From contig JBHGNT010000003.1 of NCBI GenBank assembly GCA_043228905.1, positions 7,502,001 through 7,566,000 of the forward strand: a stretch of DNA of 64,000 bases. Direction: 5' to 3'. Position numbers and translations under genes: made by a program. Below, piece after piece: positions 39,169 through 53,621 of the stretch; the first letter of the stretch is position 1, and each line of letters opens with the position of its first letter. The stretch comes from Azolla caroliniana. Taxonomy: Eukaryota; Plantae; Polypodiophyta. The notes under the pieces are model-generated. The model saw only the letters and a program-made list of their open reading frames with translations, had not been told where the DNA came from and made no database searches.

Positions 39169-42100
39169 AGAGGCAACCCTCAACAAAAGCTTAACCTTTG
39201 GGTAATGCTAACCATTTCTTCTCTCCCTCTTGTATCTTCTTTTCCATTAACTAAAACTTTACATATTTATATTCATTTATGTTGTTTTCTAAACTTAAAT
39301 TATATGTTAGTTAAGTACTAGTCATTATTATTTCCTTATTATGGGTGTTATTTGTCGTTGTGTGAGCGTTAGGAAGTGCCTCGACATTGAGACAATTTAC
39401 ATGCTCTTCACACCATTTCAATTTTGGGTTATCATTATTTCTAGAACTGATTTTTATCATGGTACCCTAATGGATCGTTTCTTGTTTCTTTATATTAGTT
39501 TCATGGTACATTATGGGTTGTGGATTGCTTCTTGGTTATTAGATGTTAGTTGTTTCTTGGATTAGGCCTGTGTTTGTCTCACATGGGGGTGAATCTATGT
39601 GGATCGAAGCACTAAGGGTTAATTCATAGCTCATGTGATATGTGCTACTTATTTTTGAATGCTTAGACATTCTAGTTTCTATGCATTAAGCACAATACCA
39701 CTGCTTCCAATGTATTATATCACTTGTTATTTCAACTCTTAGAAATGATAACTACATAAAAAATTTCCATTGTCGAGACTTCAACGTGGGTTGCTTGGGT
39801 TAAATACCCAACTAGACCACAATGCAATCAATTAAAATGCAAATTGCTTTCATTCAATTATTGTGAAACATAGAAACGTATACTTGAAAAATGTATTTCA
39901 ATTAATCGTGAACTCTTGGGTGAAAGTCTGCCAAATAGCTTTGTTGGTCTTTTTATATGTAGAGACGTGCAATTTTGAATACAATGGGATGGGGAATACT
40001 TCTATCCTTGGGTTTCATTGCCATCATATACCTCAAGCCATTTCACTAACCCTACATGGTTCTATATGCACGTGTTGGTTCAATCAATGGGCTACATCCT
40101 TGGTGTTGTCTGATGGTTTACTAGGTTAGTTTCCGGCAATTATTCAATAAATCAATCAATTGATCTATCTATCTATCTATCTATCTCTGGTGGAAACACA
40201 TAACTACATTAATAAATGTGTGCGAAAAACACTAGAATGGTACCACAACCTATAGGTGTTATTGTTATACGACTAGTGGAATATTTTGAATCGCTAATGA
40301 GCAAGATGAATTCTCCAATACGAAAAGAATTTTGACGCAATCCAACTTTCATAATATATGCTTTAATTATGTGTTTGCCATCAAATAAAAAAACATAGCG
40401 TATATCCTAATTGTGATGTACTCCCCAATATCTCAAAAAGAGGAAAATATCATCCATTTATAATCTCAAGTCGTAATTTGTACAAACACCCAATGTCTTG
40501 GTGTTAAATAATGTTATATACATAACCTTATAAACCAATTCTATTACTAATTTTAATGTGTTAAGGGTAGGATAGTTGGGAAACCAATTATCCTAAGAAT
40601 TGGGACAAACCCATGAGGATGTTATGTACACATAATGTAGGCGAGGGTAGGTCACTAATATTTAGAAAACATAAGTGAAGGGTATGTGTTCACTAATGTC
40701 CGAAATGGACTAATGTGATTGGATAGAGGAAATGATAAGTGCATGCACTACCACAATCTTGACAACCAATGAATGGAGAGAGTCTTTTAGAAAAGCAAAT
40801 ATATTAAAGAGGCCTAGGAAGTCTTATAAATCTAAGTCTTAGCTACCCTCATAAGGCACATTATGTCAAAAGGCTGAAGTTGTGAGACACGGGTGCAGGC
40901 TAGACTTTCATTACAATGATTGTGTTACCTCTTCCAAGATACTAGTCATCCTAATATCTATCAGTATAGAACATCAATGGTAAGCTAGCTATGTTTTGAT
41001 AATACCTCGAGGGTGGTTGGGAGGATTGGGTCCTGTCTAATCTATTCACTTTCCCTTTACTTTAATTTGGTCTATTGATTAGTAAGGGATTCTTAACAAA
41101 GAACTTGTGACATATGTTGGCCATATGGGACCCTCTTAAGCATTGGGCTATATAAAGGGGGACTAGTTACCCCATTCATCAAAATACAACTCTATTGGTG
41201 AGGCTAAGATCTCTTCTTTGGATCCATTATTCAACCATCAAGACATAACATTGTAGCGATGTGGCGGGCTTGAAGGAAAAAAGTGGATAAAAAGGGGATC
41301 CACTCACAATCGCAAGATATATATACAAAAGGTATATGTAATAAGTATTTGACTAAGTGCTTGAGGTGCATTGTTCAAATTTTTGCAAGCACATATTAGG
41401 GAAAGATTTTTATTTTTTTGCATTTTTAAAGCAAAACAGGAATAAAAGCATTAAATGCCAAAATTAGGCGCCTCTTAATCTATAAAAAGAAGAAAAGAGG
41501 GCTTATTTCAGGTAGCTCATTTTGTGTTTTTGAGAGTGCACCATTTAGGTTTGTGAGATTCTTCTTAATCTTCTTCTTCTTGGGATTCTAAGGTTTCTTC
41601 TTCTTCTTTGGATTTTAGGGTTTCCTTTTTCTTCTCAAAATACATTGAGGGTTAGGGTTTATATTTTCCTCATCTTCATGAGAGTTTTGGAGAGTAATTT
41701 TGGGTTCGTATCACTTAGAGAGGTAGTGTGAAAGAGCAAAGGAGAAGTTAGAAGTTAGCTCGTTGGGCAAGAAAGGAGGCACAAGGTGGCTCAAGGACAC
41801 TACCTTGACAACGAAGGCCACGTAAATGTTGATGGTAGACGAGGCCTCGTCGAATATCATGTAACATGAATCCTTGCAACTAACCTACCATCCCTACTTC
41901 TCTTATAATTGTTCCGTGTTTCACTTCTCATTATCACTGTTGAACTTTATCACTACGTACCTTTTGTAAACCCTACTTTATAAAGGGATTTCTTGTATAA
42001 ATTACCATCTAAATCTTAATATGAGATCATTTGGTCTTAATATCATGTATTAAGCCTAATCTTGTGTGCTAATCCCTGCCCCCCCCCCCCCCCCCCCCCA

Positions 42101-43046
42101 AAATAAAATATATATTATTCTCTCTCTCTCTCTCTCTCTCTCAATTCGTCAATGTACAAATCAATTATTTTTCTCACCTCCAACAAAATTTAGTCCCAAT
42201 CTTCTAAACTTTGCATCATTAATGCCAGCAAATGTGTTTCCACCTCTTGTTAATTGACACTAACTCTTTTGACCTACCATAATTAAAAATGTTGCTGTTG
42301 TGTTAGATGCCATCATAAGTATTCATATATGATGGCAAATAATGATGTAGACAGCACAAGCGTAATAAACATTTATGTAGACAACGCAAGAATGAGACAA
42401 TGTTTGCCATGTAAAAGTTGAAATAATATAAGGTCAAGAATTCTGAGGTTAATATATACAAATTTGCTCAATCATATCATTCTCTTGATTTGTTGGAATA
42501 TCAAATGTAATCTTTGCGAACATCTCAAAATAATAACCAATTAGGTTAAGCCATAGATATTGTTGCCTTATTACTAACTTATCTATGGATTAAACATGCA
42601 ATCAAAATGGCATATGGATAGGATAAGCTTTTCCAAGTTAATGTAGCATAGATTTTATTTACAAGAGCTATTCCAAATGTGAACATTTAGAATCATTAGA
42701 ATATAGACAAACTGAATGATTACTCAAAAAAACCCAGTTTCACGCTTCCTATATTTGAAAATAACATATTTTTTTTGTTTATAAAATCATTTCCATATAT
42801 TTGGATGGAGAATTTAATACACTCTAAGATATAGAATATAACTGTAATTTTCAAAAATTACTTTTCACAGCATTCAAATCTATAATGGGACTTGGTCTTA
42901 TCGATACAGAAAGTGGGGCAAATCTTACATACATCCCTTCCATTTTCATTTAAGCCCATCCAAGCTATGAACATATATTTCAAGATTTTATGACGAGATA
43001 ATTGAGGGTGAAAACAAGACAAACCTATACAATATCACCTTCATTT

Positions 43047-46000
43047 TTACTCAAGCTCAATAGGATCAGAATGCCATCCCTTAGCTCTTTCAAACCCATT
43101 TTTCCCTTTTTGGTAATCTTGTAAAGCTTGAATTATTTCTTCCTTAGTGTTCATGACAAATGGACCATACTGAACCACTGGCTCTTCCAAAGGTTGTCCA
43201 CCGATCAGAACAAACCGACACAAGCCCTTAGAGTTATTCCATACACTGACTCCATCACCCATGCCTAATTGAATTGTGTGATGAGCCCCAATAGGAGCAG
43301 CCTCTAGGGATCCGAATGTAGATTCACCTTCTAAAACATATGCGAAAGCATTCCATCCTTCAGGAATAGCTTGATGCAAAATGGCTCCAGATTCAAGTTT
43401 GAAGTCCAAATACATTGTCGGCGTTCTTGTATAAACTGGTGATTTGATACCCAATGACTCTCCAGCAATCACTGAAACACTTACACCATCTTTGCTTGCT
43501 TTTGGAACATCTTTCCCTTCTAGTTCTTGGTAATTTGGCTCAATCCTAAACATAATGTGGAGAAAAGATTAATAAAAAAAAGTTGTAAAACTTCTCTCTG
43601 CAAAGACACTTTCTTGTTCAACAATACTAATAATTATCTTTCTTTGTTGGGAAGAAATAAAAATAAGCGGGGGAAGATGTTTTTTATTACAAGGAAATGA
43701 GAAAGAAAAAACCTACATCTTATCTTTAGAAGAAAGGTTCACCCAAAGTTGTAGACCATGCTGCCGCCCTGTTTTCGCAGGCATCTCACAATGCACTATT
43801 CCTCGACCAGCAGTCATCCACTGGAAAACAAAAGAGACGTTGTTCTAAGTCATGATTAATCAGCTTCAACTCTTCCTCCACCTATTCTTCATATCATAAG
43901 TTCAAATATATAACTTGATCCAGAGTAGATCCTCTGGCTTCTAGGAGAGTAAGGTCTACTTAGTCCACATGCATGATGATTTGATCTAAACTTGATCACC
44001 ATAGCCATAGCCAAAGAATGTTTTCCCATCCTTCCATACAAAATATAGCCCAGATACATACAAATGTATTCGAAGCTAATTCGAGGGCTCTTATTGAACC
44101 ATAGCTTCCCATGTTCACATACCATGGTGGACATTTAGATTATCCTTATTTCCATATATCATGGTGCACGATCATTTAACTTATCATAACTTTGCATGTT
44201 CACAAACCATAGTAGACAACCCTTTAGGTTAACCATAGATTCCCATGTTTACACACCATGATGGACAATCTTTGAGCTAATTAAATATTTTCATGTTCAT
44301 ACACCATGGTGGATAACCCTTTCGCTAAATCATAGCTTTCCATGTCCACATACAATGGTGAACCATCTTATAACTCATTATCAAAGAGGCTAATTCCCAG
44401 TCTTGAGAGAGGGAGAGGGAGAGAGTACCTGAAGGTCTCCAGCCTTGATTGTACCTTTATGACCAGCAAAGTCTTGGTGTGTAAATGAACCCTGTGAAAG
44501 AAGGTATAATTGAGAACACAATTAGTAAATTTAAATAAACACTGATTATTGAAGGAATTAGCCATCCAAAACTGAAGCTTTATGTTGAGAAAACGTTTGA
44601 GGACCTCAAGCATGTATGTCACTGTCTCAAACCCTGTAAAATAAGAAGTAACACAATAATTTCAAGAGAAAAGAAAAGCAAGAAAAACCAATGTAAAAAA
44701 TATCAAACTTTTGTGGTTGACATATAATAGATGTTTGTGTGATTTTTAATACCTCTGTGAGGATGGTCTGGAAACCCTGCTGGAGCAGATACTGCAAAAA
44801 GGAAATGAATCATTTTGTGAGGGCATATGAAATCCTAGCCATAAGTTGAAGAAGCCTAACAGGTGTTCCTCCTACTTATTTGAATATCTTAGCTACTACA
44901 TACACAAGTCTTCTCTCAACCCCCCTAAGTCAAGACAACTCGGCATAGCAAACATACAACTATTCAATGATCAATGCTGGTGTGTACCATCTATCAATGG
45001 AAAAAAAAAGGTTTTTTCAATAGAGAACAAACATTGGGGATCACGGAAAATGTATGTGGGGGTATAGAAGTGTATTAACCATAGTTGTTAAAATAAGCGT
45101 ATTTCTATGTTTACAATACATTTTAGAATTCTCTGAAGTATTCTACGCGTATTCTGCATTTAGAAAACATTTTAGAATATTCTTAGAATTGCCATTTTTC
45201 AAATTTTCACGTATTGTAGGGATTTAAGATTTCGAGAAAGTTTAAAATTTTTAAAATAAATTTTTTTGAAAAGAAAAAATTTAAAATTTAAGAAGTATTT
45301 AACATGTTTTAAACGTATTCTAAGTATTTAATGTATTTTGCAGATAAAATACGTATTCTAAGTATTTTAAACAAAAGTTAGAATACTTAGCATACGTATT
45401 GTAAGCTAAGTATTCTACAACAATGGTATTAACATCTCTAAAGAGGCCAATGTGGCCTATGAGACCAAAATGACATATATCTTATAGTTAATCGGCAGGT
45501 TGATCTTTTGGAAAGAGAGTGAATGAATCCTCTACAAATCATCATATCCTAGCAGCCATAAATAGAGAAACAAAAACGAAAATTCTCTGACTTTTACCTA
45601 TTGTTGGAAATTCCCTAGATAAATAAATGCCTTCTAAAGTCATCTGGGGAAAATATATTGATGTTTTCTTAGAGTGCTCCTTCAATATATAGTTGACCAT
45701 TCTTTTTTCTGGCTATAGTATTGCGCTAAAAAATGATAAGTAGAGATTTATGTGAGTACCTGAAAACTCATCAAGGAGGAGGAAAGGGTCCAATTGCTTC
45801 AACTCAGGCCTGCCAAGATGAAGAAAAACTCCAGTGATGAACATAAACATCAGAAATTTTTAAAAAAAAACTAGGGTAAGGAAATCTTCGACCTGGAAAA
45901 TTATATTTTGGAAGAAGAATTTAGGATTAGGGCCATTTTTTTAACTTGACCTAGAGAAATTTTAGGTTTGGAAAGAAAATTTTAACTTGACCTTTTAATC

Positions 46001-46254
46001 TTTTACCTGCCAATACTTCGTCGAACAAGGGCGCCATCGCCCTCGGGCTGCTCCTTGGACAGAAGTTTCTTCACGACAAAACGAGGGGAGGGAAAGGGAG
46101 AAGACGAGGAGTAAGAAGAGGCCATGGTGGTGTTGTAACTACTACGTGGATTGTGTCGGTTGAAGAAGAAATTGATCGATGAAGAAGGGGAGAGTGCAGA
46201 GGTGAGGATACGGCGGAAGTGAGGAGTTGTTGGGGAGAGGAACACAGCAACCAT
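43047..46254 (-). CDS. PRN: Pirin, second identical copy (probably the same locus assembled twice)
   Basis: Exons 46254-46007, 45809-45760, 44791-44753, 44633-44605, 44491-44429, 43820-43717, 43545-43047. Confidence 0.93.
45080..45425. mobile_element. Second copy of the intronic hAT MITE
   Basis: TSD gtattaac on both sides; offset 21700. Confidence 0.83.
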
Positions 46255-47529
46255 GAATCAGAAGAATCAGAAAAAGAAGGAGAATCAGAAGAAAAATCAG
46301 AAAAAGAAGAAGAAGAAGACAAGATTAACAGAGATAGACAGGCGGAATTAGGACAGGAAATATATATGTAAGTAAGAAGAAGTGGAGATGAAGGGTCAAA
46401 GCTTCATGGGCAATCCATGGCGTCATGGGCAGCGCCAGCATGACGCCTGCACACCCCGGTTTAGAACGGTTTAGGGGCTAGGTTTAGGCTTGAGCCTTGC
46501 CAAACCGGCTCAAACCGTTTTAAGCCATTTATGTGATTTAAGAATTAGGGTTTAGAAAGTTAGAAAGTTAAAAATTAGACTGTTAGAACTTGAAAGTTGA
46601 CAAAGATACTGACATGAAGCCATAGGCAACATACTGTTGAGTGACGAGAGAGGGAGGGACAGAGAGGGAGAGAGAGCTTGCATAGTGGACAATCAGGGGA
46701 CCTCCTTGGCACTTGTTGTTCAGTGTTATATACATTCTTTGGAGAAGGATTGGACCGCTGAGAGTGATAGGTCGTCGTAGCCTCAGGCCTCATGGTTCGG
46801 GTGGTGGGAGGTAGGGGATTCATGAATGCCAGCCGACCAATCATAGTAGTCTACAAAGAGGGAGTCGTGGAGGTGGGACTTGGAGTTGAGTTTGACTCAT
46901 CAGTGGTAAGGCCGAGGGGGTGGGAGTTATGAGGAGGAGAAGAAGAGTAGGAGGAAGTGGTAGTGGTAGTGGTAGTGGTAGTGGTAGTGGTAGTGGTGTT
47001 TTTTGGGTATCTTCAACTTTTTTGTCCCAAACCAGCTCCCAAACCAATTCACAAACCCGTTCCCAAACCATTTCACAAACCGGTTCCTAAACCAGTTTGG
47101 CCTAAACCGATTAAGGGATCAGTTCGGTTTGATTCGGTTCAAGTTTGAGAACCTCAAAACGGTTTAGGCTTAACCAATTTGGCTTGGATAAGGCCAAACC
47201 GGTTAAGCCTAAACCGAACCGTTGTCGATTCCTACCCAACCTTATTGGGAAGATGTATGTATGAGGGAACCATAGAGAGATGAATAGCAATGGGCTCGGT
47301 TTCGGCTCAAACCGAACCAAATCATGAAGGAGAATCAGTCATCCTAATAGTTCTTCGCTCTAGTTGCATGAAGGGGCCTGATTTGTTGAATTCGGGAAAC
47401 CATGATTCCTGGTCCGTCATGAACCATTAGGTCACTGCCCATGAGACCTCTCCATAACCTCTGTTGTGAGCTAGTATTTGTAAACTTCACTTACATATTT
47501 CCTGTGCGTGTACGCAAGACTACAAATAG

Positions 47530-48005
47530 TAGGGATCAGCAACGGCCTTATCCAAGCCAAACCGGCTAAGCCTAAACCGTTTAGGGGTTTTCAAACCTGA
47601 ACCAAACCGATCCCTAAACCGGTTTGGGCTAAACCGGTTTGTGAACTTCATAACACAATTCCATTACAATTTATCATTGAACAATCCCCCTCCTATATGC
47701 TCCAAATGTAAAATGGTTACAAGAATTAGAGAAAAACAACAAGAAAACATAAAATGAGAAATGCAAGGCAAATTTAACTTATAGATAATTAAAGAAAAAC
47801 AACGAGAAAAAATTGACAACTTATACTTTAGTAATAAACTATAGTAATTACTAATTAAATCACTTAAACGGCTTAGCCGGCTCAAGCCAAGCCGAGCCGA
47901 GCTCAAACCATTAAGGCAGGCTCAAGCCTAAACCGAGCCGCTAAGTCATTTTAAGACGGCTAAGCCAAACGGTTTAGGCTTGAGCCGAGCCGTTGTCGAT
48001 CCCTA
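47530..48005. mobile_element. Second copy of the Ac-like hAT element
   Basis: Same TIRs and TSD; offset 21694. Confidence 0.83.
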
Positions 48006-48104
48006 ACAAACAGTGCTCAGATGATTCAATCACTTCACCACACATGCGGCAAGTTGGGTCCAATCCACATTTGTTGCTCCATTCCCCGGTTGGAAGGGCA
48101 CGAT

Positions 48105-48557
48105 GAACGGTTCGATTCTAGTTTGGTTTGGTTCTAAAACTCAAGTTTATTGGTTTATAGGTTTAAGTGGTTTGGTTTAAAGGTTTTGGTTAATTTTTTT
48201 CTCCCTTAATAGTTTATTAATTTAATGGTTTAATTAAAGTTTTTTTATTGATTTAATTAATTTAACTTAAATAATTAGTTAATTTAATGGTTTAATTAAT
48301 GCTTCTTTATTGATTTAATAAATTTAACATAAATGTTTATTTAATTTTATGTATTTTTTTTTAGTTAAAATTTTAATTAGTTTGATTTAAGTGGTTCGCT
48401 TTTTAAAAAATTATTCAATGGTTCGGTGTACCTTTTCTTAAATGGCTTGAGAGTTCCTAAACGGTTTGGCTTGGTTTTAGTTTTATATAAATGGTTCGGT
48501 TCGGTTTCAAGGGAAAGAAATCTAATCAAACCATAACCGAACTGGGACCATTGCTAG
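48105..48557. mobile_element. Non-autonomous DNA-transposon-like element with ggttt/aaacc subterminal repeats and an AT-rich core
   Basis: Ends ...cgaactgggaccattgcta. A reverse-complement relative starts tagcaatgggcccggttc at 63718, and a short related end lies near 25590. The left contig breaks inside the first copy (26410-26773). Confidence 0.65.
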
Positions 48558-49283
48558 AGATGAATGAAAGTGTGTTTTGCGGGTCTCCTAATAAAAAACA
48601 TATCAAGGAAGGCCAATGTGCTAGTTATGGTGATGTTACAGCTCAGTATAATAGCGTTGACAAATGTTGTGCCAAAATAAATATGGAAACTTTTCATACG
48701 GCCTTATGTGTAAATGAAGGCTACAATTCCTTGAAGGGGTTGCACCACAAGGATCTAAGGAAATGCTCTTCTGTATGTATGTTTCGATCTGGTGTAGGAA
48801 AGAGGTTGTTCAAAAGAATGAAGTCTTGTTCTTGAAGGAAGTGGATGAGAAATCAACTTAGAGAGTTTGTGGACATAGATGAGTCATTGATTCATAGAGG
48901 ACGAACAAAAGCAAATGGATCACTAATATTCAAGTGAGCTTGTGAAAGCAAATATAGCATTAGCTTGGAGAGGGCTCACACAAGTGGTCAAGACAATATA
49001 GGGCTAGAACCATGATTGGCAAAACTTGATAAAAAGGAGTTTAGTAATCCACAACTAGGCCGTGAGGTTCGAGGTTAGATTGGCCCAATACAACTAGAAA
49101 ACATAGAGTAGCAATGAGATTGAATGAAATTTCCAAATAACCTCTCTCAAAAATGGAGTCACGAATGCTTATTATGTTTTGAGATTACATATGCTACATT
49201 CTCATACTTCATTGTGGGGACACCAAGATCAAAAGCAAATGCAATATCCATGAAATAAGCATTTGCACCACCATCGAATTGTG

Positions 49284-50456
49284 TGTTACCCTTAGGAGAA
49301 GAAAGATGACAAGGGGTAGCTGAAATAAGTAGTCGAAACGGCTGAAGGCCGAAAGAGTGTGAAGCCGGCTTAAGTGTGAAAGTCGGACAACCGGTTGGAG
49401 TGTGAAGACGAATATGTTAGGAATTGATCGGTTACACATTCGTATTCGTGTGCAGAAATCAAGAACTAGTACGCAGACAAAAAAAACGTGAACACACAGA
49501 GACACCAATATTTTACGTGGAAAACCCGAAATGGGAAAAACCACGGGGGTCCACAAACCCTGAGAAAACAGATCACTATAGTAGAGAGGAAGTACAAAAA
49601 TACGGAACTCGGAGGCAATGACCTCGAGTTCTCCTTCGTCTAACAGACGGCTACAGAGTTACACTCTCACTCTCTTACTCACAGTTATAGAGGCAACTAC
49701 CTCATTCTAACTTTTCAATAATGATCACTAACTAACTATAAAGTTTGCCCTAGTTGCTTCTAAACAAAAGCAACTTTCTGGCTATTTACAAATATAGCCC
49801 ACAAGGGCATTTTAGACTATTTATAATTATAGTCTTCTGAAACGATTTCAGTTTTCAATTCGATTTTGATTTTGATTTTGATTTCGGCTTTGGCCTCGGC
49901 CGAGATACTCACCAACACGGTACTTCTCTTTCCATCCAGAGGGACATGTTTCCCAACAGAATATTATAAGGAGGCAAAATATTAGTGTGTAGTCGAAAAT
50001 ACAATTAGATACGAATAGCTATGATGTATAATCTTTAGAGATATGATTTGAAAGGATGTGACGATCCGATTAGACAATGTAACTATACATGCTTACCTAT
50101 AAAAGGTGCATGACCATTGTACTATAAGGGGGTTGTATCATATGAGTTTTAATGTAGAAGGTTTTGATATACAATGCCACTGTGTCTTAGTGTTATACTT
50201 ATATTGAATTGTGATTAAGTTCTAATTTATGTGCTAAGTGTAATTGTTGATTCGGTGGTGTAGCCATTTCGAATACGGTGTGTGTACAAGCTTATTAGGC
50301 TGTTGCCGAATCCATTGTGCTCAGAGTCGCTTTACCATAGCCGATTCGGCTAGTTATTTATTGCGGTCTATTGGATCCATTTCTCCAACCATGATCCTTT
50401 GGTGATGGGTACTTAGTGATTGAGTATCGGGCCGTGTTTTCTAGAGAGTGGGAACA
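49284..50456. mobile_element. Solo LTR (outer), TSD TTGTG
   Basis: TGTT...AACA termini; ttgtg at 49279-49283 and 50457-50461; the empty site is visible in the paralogous fragment near 57205. Confidence 0.8.
49415..49958 (-). mobile_element. Nested solo LTR related to the Copia B LTR family, TSD GAATA
   Basis: TGTT...AACA; gaata at 49410-49414 and 49959-49963. The reverse complement starts tgttgggaaacatgtccctctggatgg (B: tgttgggagacaggtccctccggatgg) and shares ggctatatttgtaaatagcc and agggcaaacttt. Confidence 0.88.
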
Positions 50457-53400
50457 TTGTGTTGTGGCAACTGTGTACCTAAAGTTTGACACTAACACCA
50501 TTGAAATCATAAAAGCTTTAATTGTGGCATTGCGACAACAAGTGGAGCATAGAGTAAGAGTTTCATGAACTTTGAGAATCCAATTGGGAGAGTCTTACTA
50601 CTCAAAGTAGTCCTTGAGGTTTCATGATTGGCGTGAAGAGTAAACAAGGTATTACCAATTCCCACATAATAAATTCATAATGTAGCCTCTTTTTAGTGTT
50701 GCATCTTCTTAGTTGACAAAGAACTCAAAACAACATGATTAATCTACATTGGTACTAGATTGTTTAACTTCAAAGCCACAAAACATATAAAAAAATGGTA
50801 TTATTGACACTACTAGAGGAATGACGAGATGACATTATCCTTGTTTATATTTGAAAAGACAAGTATCACAACAAATTGATATCACAACAACTTTTTTTGT
50901 TTCATGACCATGGTCCATGACTATGATGACATTGCCACAACTTTTGTCCATCTCAACAACCGTTATTATAAGAGTTATCCATACTTCAGTTGTCATGTGG
51001 AAAAGTACAAGAAACTGAGAAACTCTCCCGCTACTTATGTGTACTTGCCACATGCAAACTAAAAGATCGAAATTGCAACCCTCATTTTAGTGCATTGACA
51101 TGAGAGGTTGATTTCTTCTATTGAAGTTGCCAATTGGAGAAAGGAGTGAGAATGAGGAGCCGGTGTTATCGTCGTGGCTAGGCCCACGGGTTGGTTTCTC
51201 CGGGCCCAAGGCCAGGGCCTTGGTGAGTTTACTATGCGATAGTAGGTGGCGAGCATTGCCCACACGGAGGATAATTTGGACGAAATGCATCTTTCTCTCA
51301 TCTCTTGGGAAAGAACATTCATTTCATGAAGTTTTTCCTCATCTAGGCAACTATAACATGTTTTGCTCCATTAAATCATGAGAAGGCAATGTTATGCTAA
51401 TGTCTTGGGATGGGTTAGCACCTCTTCTCAAGGCTATTACACTCTCTAAAGATCATGTTAATCCCTAATATTGGCAAGTGTTAACCCCTCTTTTGAATGT
51501 CTTGGCAAGTATTACCACCTCTTCTCAAGGATATAACAAGTTCTTAATGTCATGTTAACACCAAATACCTACAGTCCAAAGTCCAAAGCCTTGGATTGCA
51601 ACACAAACTTTATATTGATAATAGTTGCCATTTACTTCCAAAGTTTAAGTTGATCCATATGTATCAAGTTTCCTTAAACTAGAATAATGGTAATCATACT
51701 TCGTAATACTCACATACGTCCAACTAGTAGACGTGTATAATACACAATATTTTTTCCCCCTTTCTTTTTAGGAATGAGTTACAAACTTACAACAGTCTAC
51801 TGAGAAACTGAGAAGGATTTCAAGTAATACATGCATTAACTTTCAAATTAGCACATCCACATTGTGACGCTATGTGTGAAGTTCATTCAATTGATATTAT
51901 CTCCAAGTAACATCAAGTTTTAGCCAACATTGCACCATTTCCATGTTAAGTCAAGCTTGATCCATCTGCATGAGCTTTATTTCACCATTATAAGATAGTG
52001 GTATATGTGGATCTAATTTCTTAATAACAATGCTTGTAAAGCATATATAGTATGATGGACTACGGAAGGTTTCTTTGAGCTCTCATTTTTTGACATGATC
52101 TTATCACTAGGCTCTTTTGTTTATGTGGTCACATACTTGCCAAATATATCATCCAAACATCAAAAGCCCACTAGATGAGTCAAAAGTCATGCAAATTTAT
52201 ATTGTTACCTAGGTACACTTGTATATGAATAGTCATGTGACATAGTTCCTTGCTTTGATCTAATATCATTTCATGTTCTTTTAGCAATAGCAACTTAATC
52301 TATCACAACTGTTTTGGTTCATCTTTCTGTTACAATTTCTAAGTTTTTTTGGAATTTACTTTAACGTTTCCTAAAACAAATGAATTTTAACAGAAAACAA
52401 CTTTCAGTATGGTGCTATAAACATATAGTTATTACGATATGAATAAAACATATGTTACTGAGAATGGAATCATATTTCCAATTGTAATCTCCATCATGTT
52501 ATACAATATTATAACTTTTGTTAAGATATCTACCTTTGAACCACATGCATAAAGGCAAATTTGACAATCTGTTTAAGTAAACGAGTAGCAAAGGGAATAT
52601 GAGTGCTCTATCATAGTACAAACATATGCTCAATATAGCCTTATAGGCATGGCTTGGCTTTCAACTCAATTTGCCTTCATCTTTGTCCACCTTCCATCAA
52701 GACCCTCGTTTTTCATGCTTCCAAGATCTAGGATGTAGGATGCACATAAAAATTTTGCGGCAAGTTCTACAAACAAAAATGTTCCCCCTCATCACCAAAA
52801 TACCAATGATTCCATATAGCTAGTGGACACATACTTAAAACTAAGTGGCATGAGTATTTTTTTCTATATGTTGAAGTAAGACTGCATGTTTTTAGATCAT
52901 GCATCATTTTGATGAAACCCATGGACATTGTATTGTGAAACAGAGGTGGTTTGGCACGGTCTAAAATCATAATGCATTAATACCGAAATTGGAAGAATGT
53001 TTTGATCAAATAAATGCCTCTGCTGCTTAATTGAAAGAGAAACTAATATGCTTGTATGTGATGCAATGATGGATTGATTGCTTTTCTTACATATCAGGAA
53101 TCAAGTGACATGTCGAGTGATCAACCCATCAAATGCATAATACAAATCCTGGTTATCAAGCCCAAAAATTTGTTTGGCCTTTGCCAACGTTTCCTATAAA
53201 ATCAAAACCATATGGTTTTTTCGTATGTACCTCACATTCTCTTTTAAATATTGCTTTTATATCACCAACATGAAACAACAATAGTGAAGGAATACTCATG
53301 ATGATTGCATAATAATCCACACTCTCCCTTTCTTTTGTGGAAACATTTACCAGATATAAGAAATGAAGCCGGAGAACATGGGGATAGTCACAGTTAGTCT

Positions 53401-53621
53401 GACTCATAGGAATAGTTTTAATTTGATCATAGCCTAAAAATAGATGTGCTCCCCCCCACTCCAATTACTAGCTCAATAGATTACCCACATCATACATCCG
53501 AAATGACATGAGCAAAGAAGAATGAAGTGATCAAGTTGCACAACATACATCCAATCATATTCATAGTTGTGGACAATTTTGCAATCTTCGATGTCTTCGA
53601 ACACTGTACAACTACCTAACA

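Larger units (their letters stand above)
26874..48467 (+). repeat. Near-identical direct copy of 5174-26773 (probable false duplication from a contig overlap)
   Basis: Offset 21700, then 21694 after a one-unit GGTAGT difference. The only other differences seen are T6825/C28525 and C17386/T39086. Confidence 0.97.
48790..50880 (-). mobile_element. Ancient degenerate Gypsy gag-protease fragment, interrupted by solo LTRs
   Basis: The minus strand reads DGGANAYFMDIAFA (retropepsin DSGA-like). It is colinear with 56600-57630 once the 49284-50456 insert is removed. Confidence 0.55.
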
